Source of the DNA: Candidatus Bathyarchaeota archaeon
GTDB lineage: Archaea > Thermoproteota > Bathyarchaeia > Bathyarchaeales > Bathycorpusculaceae
Length of the DNA stretch: 64,000 nt
Reading direction: 5' to 3'
Assembly: GCA_963827165.1 (NCBI GenBank)
Contig: CAWGZR010000010.1
Coordinates: forward strand, 71,394-135,393
Below, one piece after another: positions 26,880-35,242 of the stretch; the stretch's first letter is position 1; each line of letters begins with the position of its first letter. Position numbers and translations under genes: made by a program. The notes beneath the pieces were generated by a model. That model was not told where the DNA came from. It saw only the letters and a list, made by a program, of their open reading frames with translations, and did no database searches.

Positions 26880-27264
26880 ATGGAATAAGTAGCTTCTCAA
26901 GCGAAACAAGTGGTTATGATAGTACAGAGTCGCAGTACCGATTCAGCAGCATCGAAGTTCGGCTTGGTGCATCGGGAAACGCTCAAATTGATTATCAAAT
27001 TCAAGCGAGTTATGGGTATCTTACCATTACTTATGCAATTAGCCACCGAAACATCTTCTGACCCCAATCTTACGCACAGGCAATAGAAGTCAATACAAGC
27101 GATTGGAGCATAATCAGACAATAACTGTTGCAAGTGCAAATCCCTCAACATAGCCCTACCGTTCCAGAGTAATCTTAGCTCGGATGATTCTGCCTTTGCT
27201 TCTTTCATTATTCTCTGTCGCAGTAAAACTTGGGCATTGAAAAACCGCTAACCGAACAAAATAA
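26880..27264 (+). pseudogene. Decayed surface-protein 3' fragment with a PEF-CTERM-like sorting signal
   Basis: Fragments QIDYQIQASYGY, TSDWS, QTITV, SPTVPE*, ILPLLLSLFSVAVKL, broken by several stops and frameshifts. Confidence 0.55.
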
Positions 27265-27368
27265 CCTGTACAAGTGTTCCAGCTTTGGAACGGTCAGTTG
27301 TGCAGGTGTTCCATGATTAGAACTAAAAGTTAGCTGGCACTTCATTTGTTTAAGGAAAGGAGCAAACG

Positions 27369-27968
27369 ATGAAGGTATCAGTTCACTTATCAGCGGTACT
27401 CGTAACGGTTGTAGCACTTTTAGCAACTGTTCTTGCAGGAACAGTGACTTATCACAACAGCGTATTGGAAAACAAAAACTCCAAAATCGCTTCCCTGAAT
27501 ACTAAAATATCAAATCTAGCCAGTCAAGTAACAAACTTAACTGCAAAAACCAGCCAGATAAGAAACTTAACTTCAACAAATCTTGTGACAGCCATTGGGG
27601 TTGCGGAGGTCGTCAATACCTCAAGCGTATCGAGAGCTTACAATCGGCTTTACATTGAGGGTTCAGTTACCAATAATGGGTCAGGCTTTGCGTTTAATGT
27701 GGGATTACAGGTTCTGGCGTGTGCTGCAGATTGAACCTTAGAAATTAACATGACTGTTCCTTTAACCTACGGAGAGTTTGGAACCAATGCCGCAATCTAT
27801 TCTTACATTTACAGCTTTGACCCATACTGCACATCTTCGCCACAATTCGGAAATCTATCCAGTGGACAATCCGCAGAGGTCAATCTGGATATTTACCATG
27901 ACGGAACAGTGACCAATTGGACAATAACATCTGTATGGACAAAACACAAAATAAACGATTCAAATTAG
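27369..27968 (+). pseudogene. Secreted protein interrupted by an in-frame TGA at 27732-27734
   Basis: ORFs 27369..27734 and 27750..27968 are in the same frame (ACAAD*TLEINMTVPL); signal peptide and short coiled-coil at the N-terminus. Confidence 0.6.
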
Positions 27969-27984
27969 GTCCATAAATTTCGCC

Positions 27985-28212
27985 TTAGTCTTTTCTTGCC
28001 AAGTTTAATGTGCAGCCTACAAAAATTATGAGGACTGCCGCGCTACCGAGAAATGGCTGTAGACATTGTGAATAATACCCTTGTTGCCACAATGTGACTA
28101 TGATACCATAAAACACTGTAAAAAGAACCGCCAACATTATAGCAGAACTGATAAAGGCAAGCAAATATTGTGCTCGCTGGATAATCAAGCAGTGGACACC
28201 TAAGTTAACCAA
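27985..28212 (-). CDS. Small two-TM membrane protein
   Basis: 75 aa with two hydrophobic segments. Confidence 0.4.
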   Translation of the reverse strand: MVNLGVHCLIIQRAQYLLAFISSAIMLAVLFTVFYGIIVTLWQQGYYSQCLQPFLGSAAVLIIFVGCTLNLARKD

Positions 28213-28369
28213 GTATTTTCAGCAGATAAAAGGTTTTCTTCATATTTGAATTTGCTAGGTTTTCCATGAAGACAAATCTTAAATTTAATGGGATAGCGTC
28301 TGCTGGATATTTTTGGTCCACAGCAAATTATTGTGGAAAGAGTTATATTTTTGGTTTGGTTAAGATAAA

Positions 28370-28668
28370 ATGGTGATTGTTTTAGTTAGTTTTGATAAAC
28401 TTTCTGGGATGTTTGTTATTTGTGCAGGCGGTTTCGACCTCGGAGAGATTAATGGGATAGACTTGGACACTAACAATTGGCAAGTTATCAATTTGCATGT
28501 TAAGCTGTCCAAAGCAGCATCTGAAGATCTTGGATTCAAAAAAAGATTTAGAAGCTCAACCGTATGTGTTCCTATCTCGCTAATTTCTACATTGGTGACA
28601 ATGTTTTGTTAAACAAGACTCTTGACGAATTAAGCAGGCACCCAGAAATTTCAGAGTGCATCACTTAA
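28370..28668 (+). pseudogene. PRC-barrel-like protein, frameshifted near 28590
   Basis: GFDLGEINGIDLDTNNWQVINLHVKL...VCVPISLIS; continues in another frame as GDNVLLNKTLDELSRHPEISECIT*. Confidence 0.6.
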
Positions 28669-28933
28669 AAAAAAATAGTTCTTTCGGGAATTTTTCTTAC
28701 AGTTTCTTCTGCCAAACATTTTCTTTTTTTACCGCAGGTTTTTCTTTTTCATAGGTCCATTATTTTTTGCTAGGAAAATTGCTAATGTGGCAAAAATTGA
28801 GGCTCCGAGATGAGCGATAAGTGAACAAGGAATGACACACAAAAGCATAAGTTCACTTTGATCTTCACTTTACTCCAACTTGAATGGATGATGCAAAACA
28901 GCATGTTTCCTAAAGTGCCTTGGAGTCATTGAT

Positions 28934-30652
28934 TTGGGTTTTATTGATTACGCTTGGTCGGTTTCCTTACAAAAAGATAACACCAAGGTTAAGATACTTC
29001 AGGACCCTAGCTTAGATCAACCCGTTTTACAAAGTGACGAAATTGGATACACCATTAAGCTTCCTCTCTTCCGTATTTTGGAAGACGGAAATGTTTCTTT
29101 TCTTGGGCACCAGTTTAAAGGAACCAACGAAGGCAAAGCAAGGGTGGGACGATTATTTCGAGCATCTGTTCTGCATCTAACAACACATACTTTGGAGCCT
29201 TTTCAAAAAGACAAAATTACGCCTAATGCATCAGATTCGATTGTTGCGGCGTTTGCAAAGTCGCTAGTTAATGACATTTACGTTAATGCTTACATTCAAG
29301 CCTGGTATCCAGACAGGTTTTTTGACATTGCTTACGCAAATGCGTTGGCTTATCAGAAAATAAAGTCGTCCGGGAGAATTTTTACATCTTCGACAAGGCT
29401 TATGACGGCTTTATTGACTAAGCTTAATGTGGGATTAATCAAGAATTCTCCAGGTGTGGAGGAAGAGCAAATAGTTGATCAACTTTACAATGAGTTAACA
29501 GCTCTTAAAGACACTTTTTTGGGGTCGATGGCAGGCGAACAGATTAATCTGGAAGATTTGTTCGATGCTAAAGTGAAGGAAATAAAAGGTTTGCTCGAGC
29601 CTTTTGGTCCATTCCTGGAGTCTCCGTCGCTTAGGCACACTGAAAGTAACGGTCCCTGCAGTATCTACAGCGACGCGCAAACGACTGTTGAAGAAGATTT
29701 TGAAGGTCTATTTGTGCAATCTCTTATGACAATGGGCGGCACCGTACCTACCGTAGACAATATTGACCAATGTTGGAGACCTGAACAAGAAGTTGAATCC
29801 CTTCAAGCCTTTAACTCAGACAATTATCAAAAGTTGCGCGAAGAAAAGATTCTTGCCAAAATTTCGTCTTATGTGAGCTTAACTAGATTCAAAGGTGTTG
29901 ACATTCCAGAGGAAGATTACACTCAGTATTTGAGAGCTAGGAACCTAGTTCAGGGAGCATCTCGGCGGCTTTTGGATATTCTCAGGTCGTCTTTTAATTA
30001 TCTGGATGAAGATCCGAGGCAAGAAATGGGTCAACTGGATTTGGCGGCAGTTATTCAATCGTTGGCAAGCAACAAGCCGGCGACAGATGTGTTTGTTTTG
30101 GATGAGTACCTTAAGCCAAGCTTCGCTTGGTCACTTCTGTTTGACGTGAGTAACAGCATGCAAGTGAAAGGCGAGTATGGTCGGGCTTTGGCGATAGCTG
30201 TCGCTGAAGCTGCAAGAGAATTGATGACGGACCCGACTTCCTGGACCTTCTTCGCGTTCAACGACAAACTCCACATTTTAAAGGACAGCACGGAATCGTA
30301 CTCGAAGCGGGTTAGAGCAAGAATTGGCGGCTTAAAATTCGAAGGACTAACATACATAGCCGACGCAGTTCAGATTGCTGGAAAAATGCTTGCTAAAAGA
30401 TTCGAGGAACAACGTTGCCTCATAATCATCTCAGACGGCTGGCCATACGGATACGCGAATATGCCAATAGCTCTGAAGGAAAATGTGGATGATATGATGA
30501 GAAAAGGAGTTATCGTAATCGGAATAGGAGTGGAGACAGCCAGAATGGGCAATTTTTTCCAACTGCACACCTCAGTTTACACGCAAAAGGACCTCATCAA
30601 CAAGTTCGGATCAACATACGCAAACGCTTCCCAAAAAGCGCTTGAAACGTAA
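28934..30652 (+). CDS. vWA-domain protein, NorD/CbbO-like
   Basis: C-terminal vWA with MIDAS DVSNS, GLTY, IIISDG; preceding GQLDLAAVIQ...DVF. Confidence 0.8.
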   Translation: MGFIDYAWSVSLQKDNTKVKILQDPSLDQPVLQSDEIGYTIKLPLFRILEDGNVSFLGHQFKGTNEGKARVGRLFRASVLHLTTHTLEPFQKDKITPNASDSIVAAFAKSLVNDIYVNAYIQAWYPDRFFDIAYANALAYQKIKSSGRIFTSSTRLMTALLTKLNVGLIKNSPGVEEEQIVDQLYNELTALKDTFLGSMAGEQINLEDLFDAKVKEIKGLLEPFGPFLESPSLRHTESNGPCSIYSDAQTTVEEDFEGLFVQSLMTMGGTVPTVDNIDQCWRPEQEVESLQAFNSDNYQKLREEKILAKISSYVSLTRFKGVDIPEEDYTQYLRARNLVQGASRRLLDILRSSFNYLDEDPRQEMGQLDLAAVIQSLASNKPATDVFVLDEYLKPSFAWSLLFDVSNSMQVKGEYGRALAIAVAEAARELMTDPTSWTFFAFNDKLHILKDSTESYSKRVRARIGGLKFEGLTYIADAVQIAGKMLAKRFEEQRCLIIISDGWPYGYANMPIALKENVDDMMRKGVIVIGIGVETARMGNFFQLHTSVYTQKDLINKFGSTYANASQKALET

Positions 30653-30929
30653 AATTTCAATCGAGGTTTTTTTATGGTACTTTTTGAAGGTTTTTTTGGG
30701 CCAAAAATTAATTGTCTTTGCCCTTTTTTGCGTTTGAATAATTGTTCCCAGAGAAGGTAAAGCGTATGCGGAAGTCATCGACAACTTGCGTCTATACGTG
30801 AGCTAGTTCGGGGGCATCCAAAATTTGAGAAGTTGAATACGGGAGTCAATGGCAAAAGACTTACCTTTTTGCTTTTAAGAAAATTTTAAAAGCTCTTGAA
30901 CGCATAAGTGAGACGAGAGGGCGATTGGG

Positions 30930-31889
30930 TTGAGTGCACTTGAATTAGTGGCTATTGTTTTGCCAATAATCGTTATCATCATAGTTATTTATGCGCTTGT
31001 TTTGTCTATTCGAATCGTCAGGCCTATCGACAAGGGTTTAGTGGAACGTTTTGGGAAGTACCACCGGTTTGTGGAGGGTGGAATAACTTTTCTTTTCCCC
31101 TTTATGGATCGCATAATAAAAGTCAACATAACTGAACGTATGACGCCTGTTCAGCGCCAGGATGTCATCACCAAAGACAAGGTTTTCATGGGTGTGGATG
31201 CCGTGGTGTTCTACAAGATTAAGCCAGACGAAGTTTCTGTTAAGGCTTCCCAATACAACGTTGCAAACTTTTCTGCTCAAATTGACACTTTGGCTCGAAC
31301 GGTTCTGAGGGATATCATAGGCGGGATGGACATGGCGATTGCGAACACTTCTAGGCCTATTATTAACAGCAGCCTCAAGATGGCTTTGGATCAGCAGACA
31401 GAGAAATGGGGCATTGAAATCGTGAGGGCAGAAATCAAAGATTTGGAGCCGCCGAGAGAACTAATAATATCCATGGAGTCTGTGCTTAAAGCCGATAACG
31501 AAAGGCAAGCAGCTGAGAAAACAGCTATAGCTCAGGCCACTTTGGCGAGCGGAGAGAAAAACGCTGCGATCCAGGTTGCGGAGGGTCAAAAGCAGGCAGC
31601 TATCCTTCAATCTGAAGGTCAGAAGACAGCTACGATTACGATAGCTGAGGGCGATGCGCAGGCGACCAAGCTTAGGAATGAAGCGTTGACAACGTACTTC
31701 AAAGACAGCGCCGTCGTCTACAAGCAACTGGACACCATCGTGTCGTCATTGCAGAACAATACAAAGATTATTGTTCCCGAAGGCAAAGCCATATCGCTTA
31801 TTCTTAACGAACAGGAAAACCTGGCGAAAGCAACAATTATTCCGGTAACACTACCGCAACAGCAGAAAAACACGAAACAAACGTACTGA
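30930..31889 (+). CDS. SPFH/band 7 (stomatin-like) protein
   Basis: GLVERFGKY, QDVITKD, TVLRDIIGGMD, WGIEIVRAEIKD, ERQAA. Confidence 0.92.
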   Translation: MSALELVAIVLPIIVIIIVIYALVLSIRIVRPIDKGLVERFGKYHRFVEGGITFLFPFMDRIIKVNITERMTPVQRQDVITKDKVFMGVDAVVFYKIKPDEVSVKASQYNVANFSAQIDTLARTVLRDIIGGMDMAIANTSRPIINSSLKMALDQQTEKWGIEIVRAEIKDLEPPRELIISMESVLKADNERQAAEKTAIAQATLASGEKNAAIQVAEGQKQAAILQSEGQKTATITIAEGDAQATKLRNEALTTYFKDSAVVYKQLDTIVSSLQNNTKIIVPEGKAISLILNEQENLAKATIIPVTLPQQQKNTKQTY

Positions 31890-32042
31890 GTTTCCCGCCA
31901 ATTTCTTAGGAAACATTATTTTTCTTTTTCTTAAAGAAAAGAATATTGTATTTCAAATTAGACTATTTCCGAAGAAACTCAATTAATCTCTGCAACTTTT
32001 GGAACAGCGGGTCAACTTCAATTTTCTGCGTTTTCAAAATTA

Positions 32043-32232
32043 AAAAAAAATAAAAAAAGGAAATGATTTTTTTGTTTAGGTTTTTTCAGCTTATGGATGC
32101 TTTCTTGTGACGAGCAATGCGAGAACTGCGCCGATAACGATTATGATAATAGCGATAGCAACGATTCCATATTCAACAGTGGAGTTAGATGCTAAGTTAG
32201 TGGCTGGAGTTGTAGTTGGAGCTGTTGATGCT
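32043..32232. repeat. Near-identical 3' block shared by the two 901-aa genes (partner about 35197-35386), including the poly-T terminator region
   Basis: aaaaaaataaaaaaaggaaatgatttttttgtttaggttttttca followed by the same C-terminal coding sequence in both copies. Confidence 0.9.
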
Positions 32233-34796
32233 GGTGGTGCTCCTGCGTAGAGGAATGTTGAGGCTGATGATGGGTAGTATCCGTGTGATCCTGCGAAAAC
32301 TGCGTAGACTGTATAGTTGCCCGTGATGTCTGGAGTCCATGTTAATCCCCAGTCGCCTAGTGCGTTAGATGTTGTCTGTCCGATTGAGCGGTAGTTGTTG
32401 TTGCTGTCTAAGACGTATATTGAGATTGGTACTCCGGTTGTGTTGCTTGGTAGTGGCTGCTGTTCATATGCTGCTTCCATCAAACCAGACATGCTAGGGT
32501 CAGAAACGCATGGTAAGCCGTTGGGGAAGTTCTTTGCGACTGCTGATTGCGAAGCGCCTGGTGAAACGTCTGTAATGGTTCCTGTTATGGTTACTGGAGT
32601 CTTTGTTGTTGCGCCGATTGAAGGTGCGTTAATGGTTATTTTGCTTGGTCCTTGTGCGTATGCGTAGATTTGTCCGTCGTAGCTGTTGAATGTGGTCATT
32701 ACGCCGTATGCTACTGCAGTTGCCGTGTCATCAAAGCCTAGGTTGCTCCAGACTAGTTGACCAGTGTTGCCGTTCAATGCTACCTCTAAGGCTCCGTGTA
32801 ACAACGGTGGGTTGTATTCGTGCCCTTCAGAAAGGTACAGGATTGTGTCTGCGCCTTGACCTGCTAAGGCTTCATCTGAGAAGACCCACAGTGGATAGGT
32901 TCCGTATGGCGATTCTGTTCCAGCTGGTCCGTTAATCTGGTATGTGCTCCAAGACCACATGATAACGCCGTTGGTCATGTTGACCGCCCATACGTCGCCG
33001 CCTAAGCCCCAGATGTATAGGACGCCTGTTGTTGTATCTGGTGTTGTTGTTAAGCCATAAGAGTCGTATTGGTTTGGCATAAAGCCGTCAGACATTCGAA
33101 CGTTAAGGTTTGTTGTCCAGAGTTGTGTGCCTGTAACCAGTGAGTACCCAGCGATCTCGTATGAGTCATAGTTTATTTCGCAGTACACTCCGTCGCATCC
33201 AGCTGGTGTGTTGCTGATTCTCGTGTAAGCCGGGTTGAATACGCCGCCAGTTCTGTTGGTTATCCACATCAGTTGTCCGTTAGCTGTGCTGAATCCTGCT
33301 TCAACTAGCCAACCTTGTTGCTCTTCGACTGAAGTTGTTCCTTGCTGCATTACCAGAGTGTTGCCAAACCAGTAAGTTGTTGCGACTAGTCCGCTGGTGC
33401 CGAGTCCTTGGACGACTACACCGTTTAGTACGGCGTTCTCTGAGACTGCCCATTGTAGTCCAGTGTTAAAGTCGAATACGGTGCCTGCAGGAAGTGTCCA
33501 GTCGAATAAGCCGCCTAAAGCTGACATTGTGCCCGAATAAACTATCGCCTGTGTAAAGTTGTACATCTCCAGTACAGGTCCGTGAGTAACGGTGTTGAAA
33601 GTTTCAGCTTTGTATTGGACTTGACCAAGAGCGTTTATCGTAGGCTGTTGAACTGTCAATGTAGGATAAGTTGGTCCGAACGCAGATGAGTTGGTTGCTG
33701 CGATGTATCCAATCAGGTTTCCGTTTGAGTCGGCACCGAACGCGGTCCACGCGGGAACGTTTTTAACGGTCGCGACTTGCTGACCTGTCAAGCCGTCATA
33801 AATAGTCCATGCGTTTGGACTGGAGAACAATCCGCCTCCATTTTGGGCGATAATGTATGGTCCGACACAGCCGTATTGGTCGATGGTTGGGAAGTTAAGT
33901 ATCATGCCGCATCTCAACGTAAGTGTCGTGTTGATTATCCACATAGTCTGTCCAGTATACAAGTTGAACGCCATGATTCCTTGCGAGCTACCAGTTTGTG
34001 TTGTGTACCAGGTTGAGTATTCTATACCGTCCATGATTATTGGTGCGTATTTGGGGTCGTACTGTGACGTTGTCCAGTAGCTACTGGATTGTTCGTTGTT
34101 GCCGTATGGTCCGCCTGCGACTCCTCCGACACACCATGGTTTAGTCCATAGAATGTGTGAAGATGATGGCGCGACCGTGTACGGGTTGTAGTTGCTTGTT
34201 TCATTGTATCCCCCTGTAGCGGCAAATGTGTTTGCTACATATCCCATCCATGGTCCGGAAATAGAAGACCAAAGTTGGACGTTTTCAGAGTTGACTGGTG
34301 CTTCCCAGTAGTTTGTTGGGAGGGGTGTATCTGCTAAACCGCCTCTCGGAGTTGATGTCACGATCAGAGTTGCTGGTTCACTTATGCTGGGCTCGTTGTA
34401 GTATTGTGAATCTGCGCCAGTGTATTGTTGTCCTGCATATTTCAATTGGAATGTGTAGTTGCCTACTGTAGTCGGTGTATAGGTTGTGAATGTGCCACCG
34501 GTTGTGTCAGTCGTGAATGTTCCTAGTGATGTCTGTGTTCCGCCTGGAGGGGTAACGTAAATTGTCATGCCTACAGCACGTTCACTGTCGAATAGTGGTA
34601 CGGCTAGCCAGAAGTCAACTGTCACGGTTTGCCCGACACCGCATGGATTAGGTGCAACGTTGCAGAAAGCGATTGTTGGAACGTCTATGCTGCCCGCGGT
34701 TTGTGCATGTGCTGCCATTGCGACTGCTCCGCCAATAACTGTTATCATAAGAACCGACATAATGATTGCTGCAATTTTATTTTTTATTGAGTTCAT
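32091..34796 (-). CDS. 901-aa PQQ-like beta-propeller surface protein (paralog A)
   Basis: Signal peptide; repeats such as GIMAFNLYTGQTMW, VWAVNMTNGVIMW, VALNGNTGQLVW; C-terminal TM plus RKHP. Confidence 0.85.
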   Translation of the reverse strand: MNSIKNKIAAIIMSVLMITVIGGAVAMAAHAQTAGSIDVPTIAFCNVAPNPCGVGQTVTVDFWLAVPLFDSERAVGMTIYVTPPGGTQTSLGTFTTDTTGGTFTTYTPTTVGNYTFQLKYAGQQYTGADSQYYNEPSISEPATLIVTSTPRGGLADTPLPTNYWEAPVNSENVQLWSSISGPWMGYVANTFAATGGYNETSNYNPYTVAPSSSHILWTKPWCVGGVAGGPYGNNEQSSSYWTTSQYDPKYAPIIMDGIEYSTWYTTQTGSSQGIMAFNLYTGQTMWIINTTLTLRCGMILNFPTIDQYGCVGPYIIAQNGGGLFSSPNAWTIYDGLTGQQVATVKNVPAWTAFGADSNGNLIGYIAATNSSAFGPTYPTLTVQQPTINALGQVQYKAETFNTVTHGPVLEMYNFTQAIVYSGTMSALGGLFDWTLPAGTVFDFNTGLQWAVSENAVLNGVVVQGLGTSGLVATTYWFGNTLVMQQGTTSVEEQQGWLVEAGFSTANGQLMWITNRTGGVFNPAYTRISNTPAGCDGVYCEINYDSYEIAGYSLVTGTQLWTTNLNVRMSDGFMPNQYDSYGLTTTPDTTTGVLYIWGLGGDVWAVNMTNGVIMWSWSTYQINGPAGTESPYGTYPLWVFSDEALAGQGADTILYLSEGHEYNPPLLHGALEVALNGNTGQLVWSNLGFDDTATAVAYGVMTTFNSYDGQIYAYAQGPSKITINAPSIGATTKTPVTITGTITDVSPGASQSAVAKNFPNGLPCVSDPSMSGLMEAAYEQQPLPSNTTGVPISIYVLDSNNNYRSIGQTTSNALGDWGLTWTPDITGNYTVYAVFAGSHGYYPSSASTFLYAGAPPASTAPTTTPATNLASNSTVEYGIVAIAIIIIVIGAVLALLVTRKHP

Positions 34797-34896
34797 TTTT
34801 TCTTTTCATCCTTTTGTTTTAATTATGTTGAGCAAGTGATCTAATGTCATTACTCAACGAGTCCTCTTGTGGGATCAATGACTATATAAAACTTAT

Positions 34897-34919
34897 GCGG
34901 ATGCATGTTTTGCGTCCGC
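34897..34919. promoter_or_regulatory. Palindrome immediately upstream of the paralog A TATA box
   Basis: GCGGATGCA-N5-TGCGTCCGC next to CTATATAAAA (34882-34891). Confidence 0.45.
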
Positions 34920-35242
34920 TTTTTGAAGCATTCCCCCTCATTTTATTTCGCTTTTGCACCAAAAAACGTGGGAAAAAATTATTTTCATGAATAACCGTGA
35001 AATATTCTCACGTATAGTGTTCACTACATGAACTTGGTCTACCTTCTCTTTTGCGTTCCTTATCAAGCTGGTAATAGGGATCAACGCAGGTTTTTAACCA
35101 AAAAGAAACATGTTGTTTCGAAATTGGCTTAACCCTAAGTTTAGACGAAAAGACATAATTGCCGGTAGGTTAAATGCTGCTTTCATAAGACTCGAAAAAA
35201 AATAAAAAAAGGAAATGATTTTTTTGTTTAGGTTTTTTCAAC

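Noticed and set aside
27732-27734. Selenocysteine readthrough at the in-frame TGA
   Set aside because: No redox motif context and no SECIS-like element recognised; a nonsense mutation or error is more likely.
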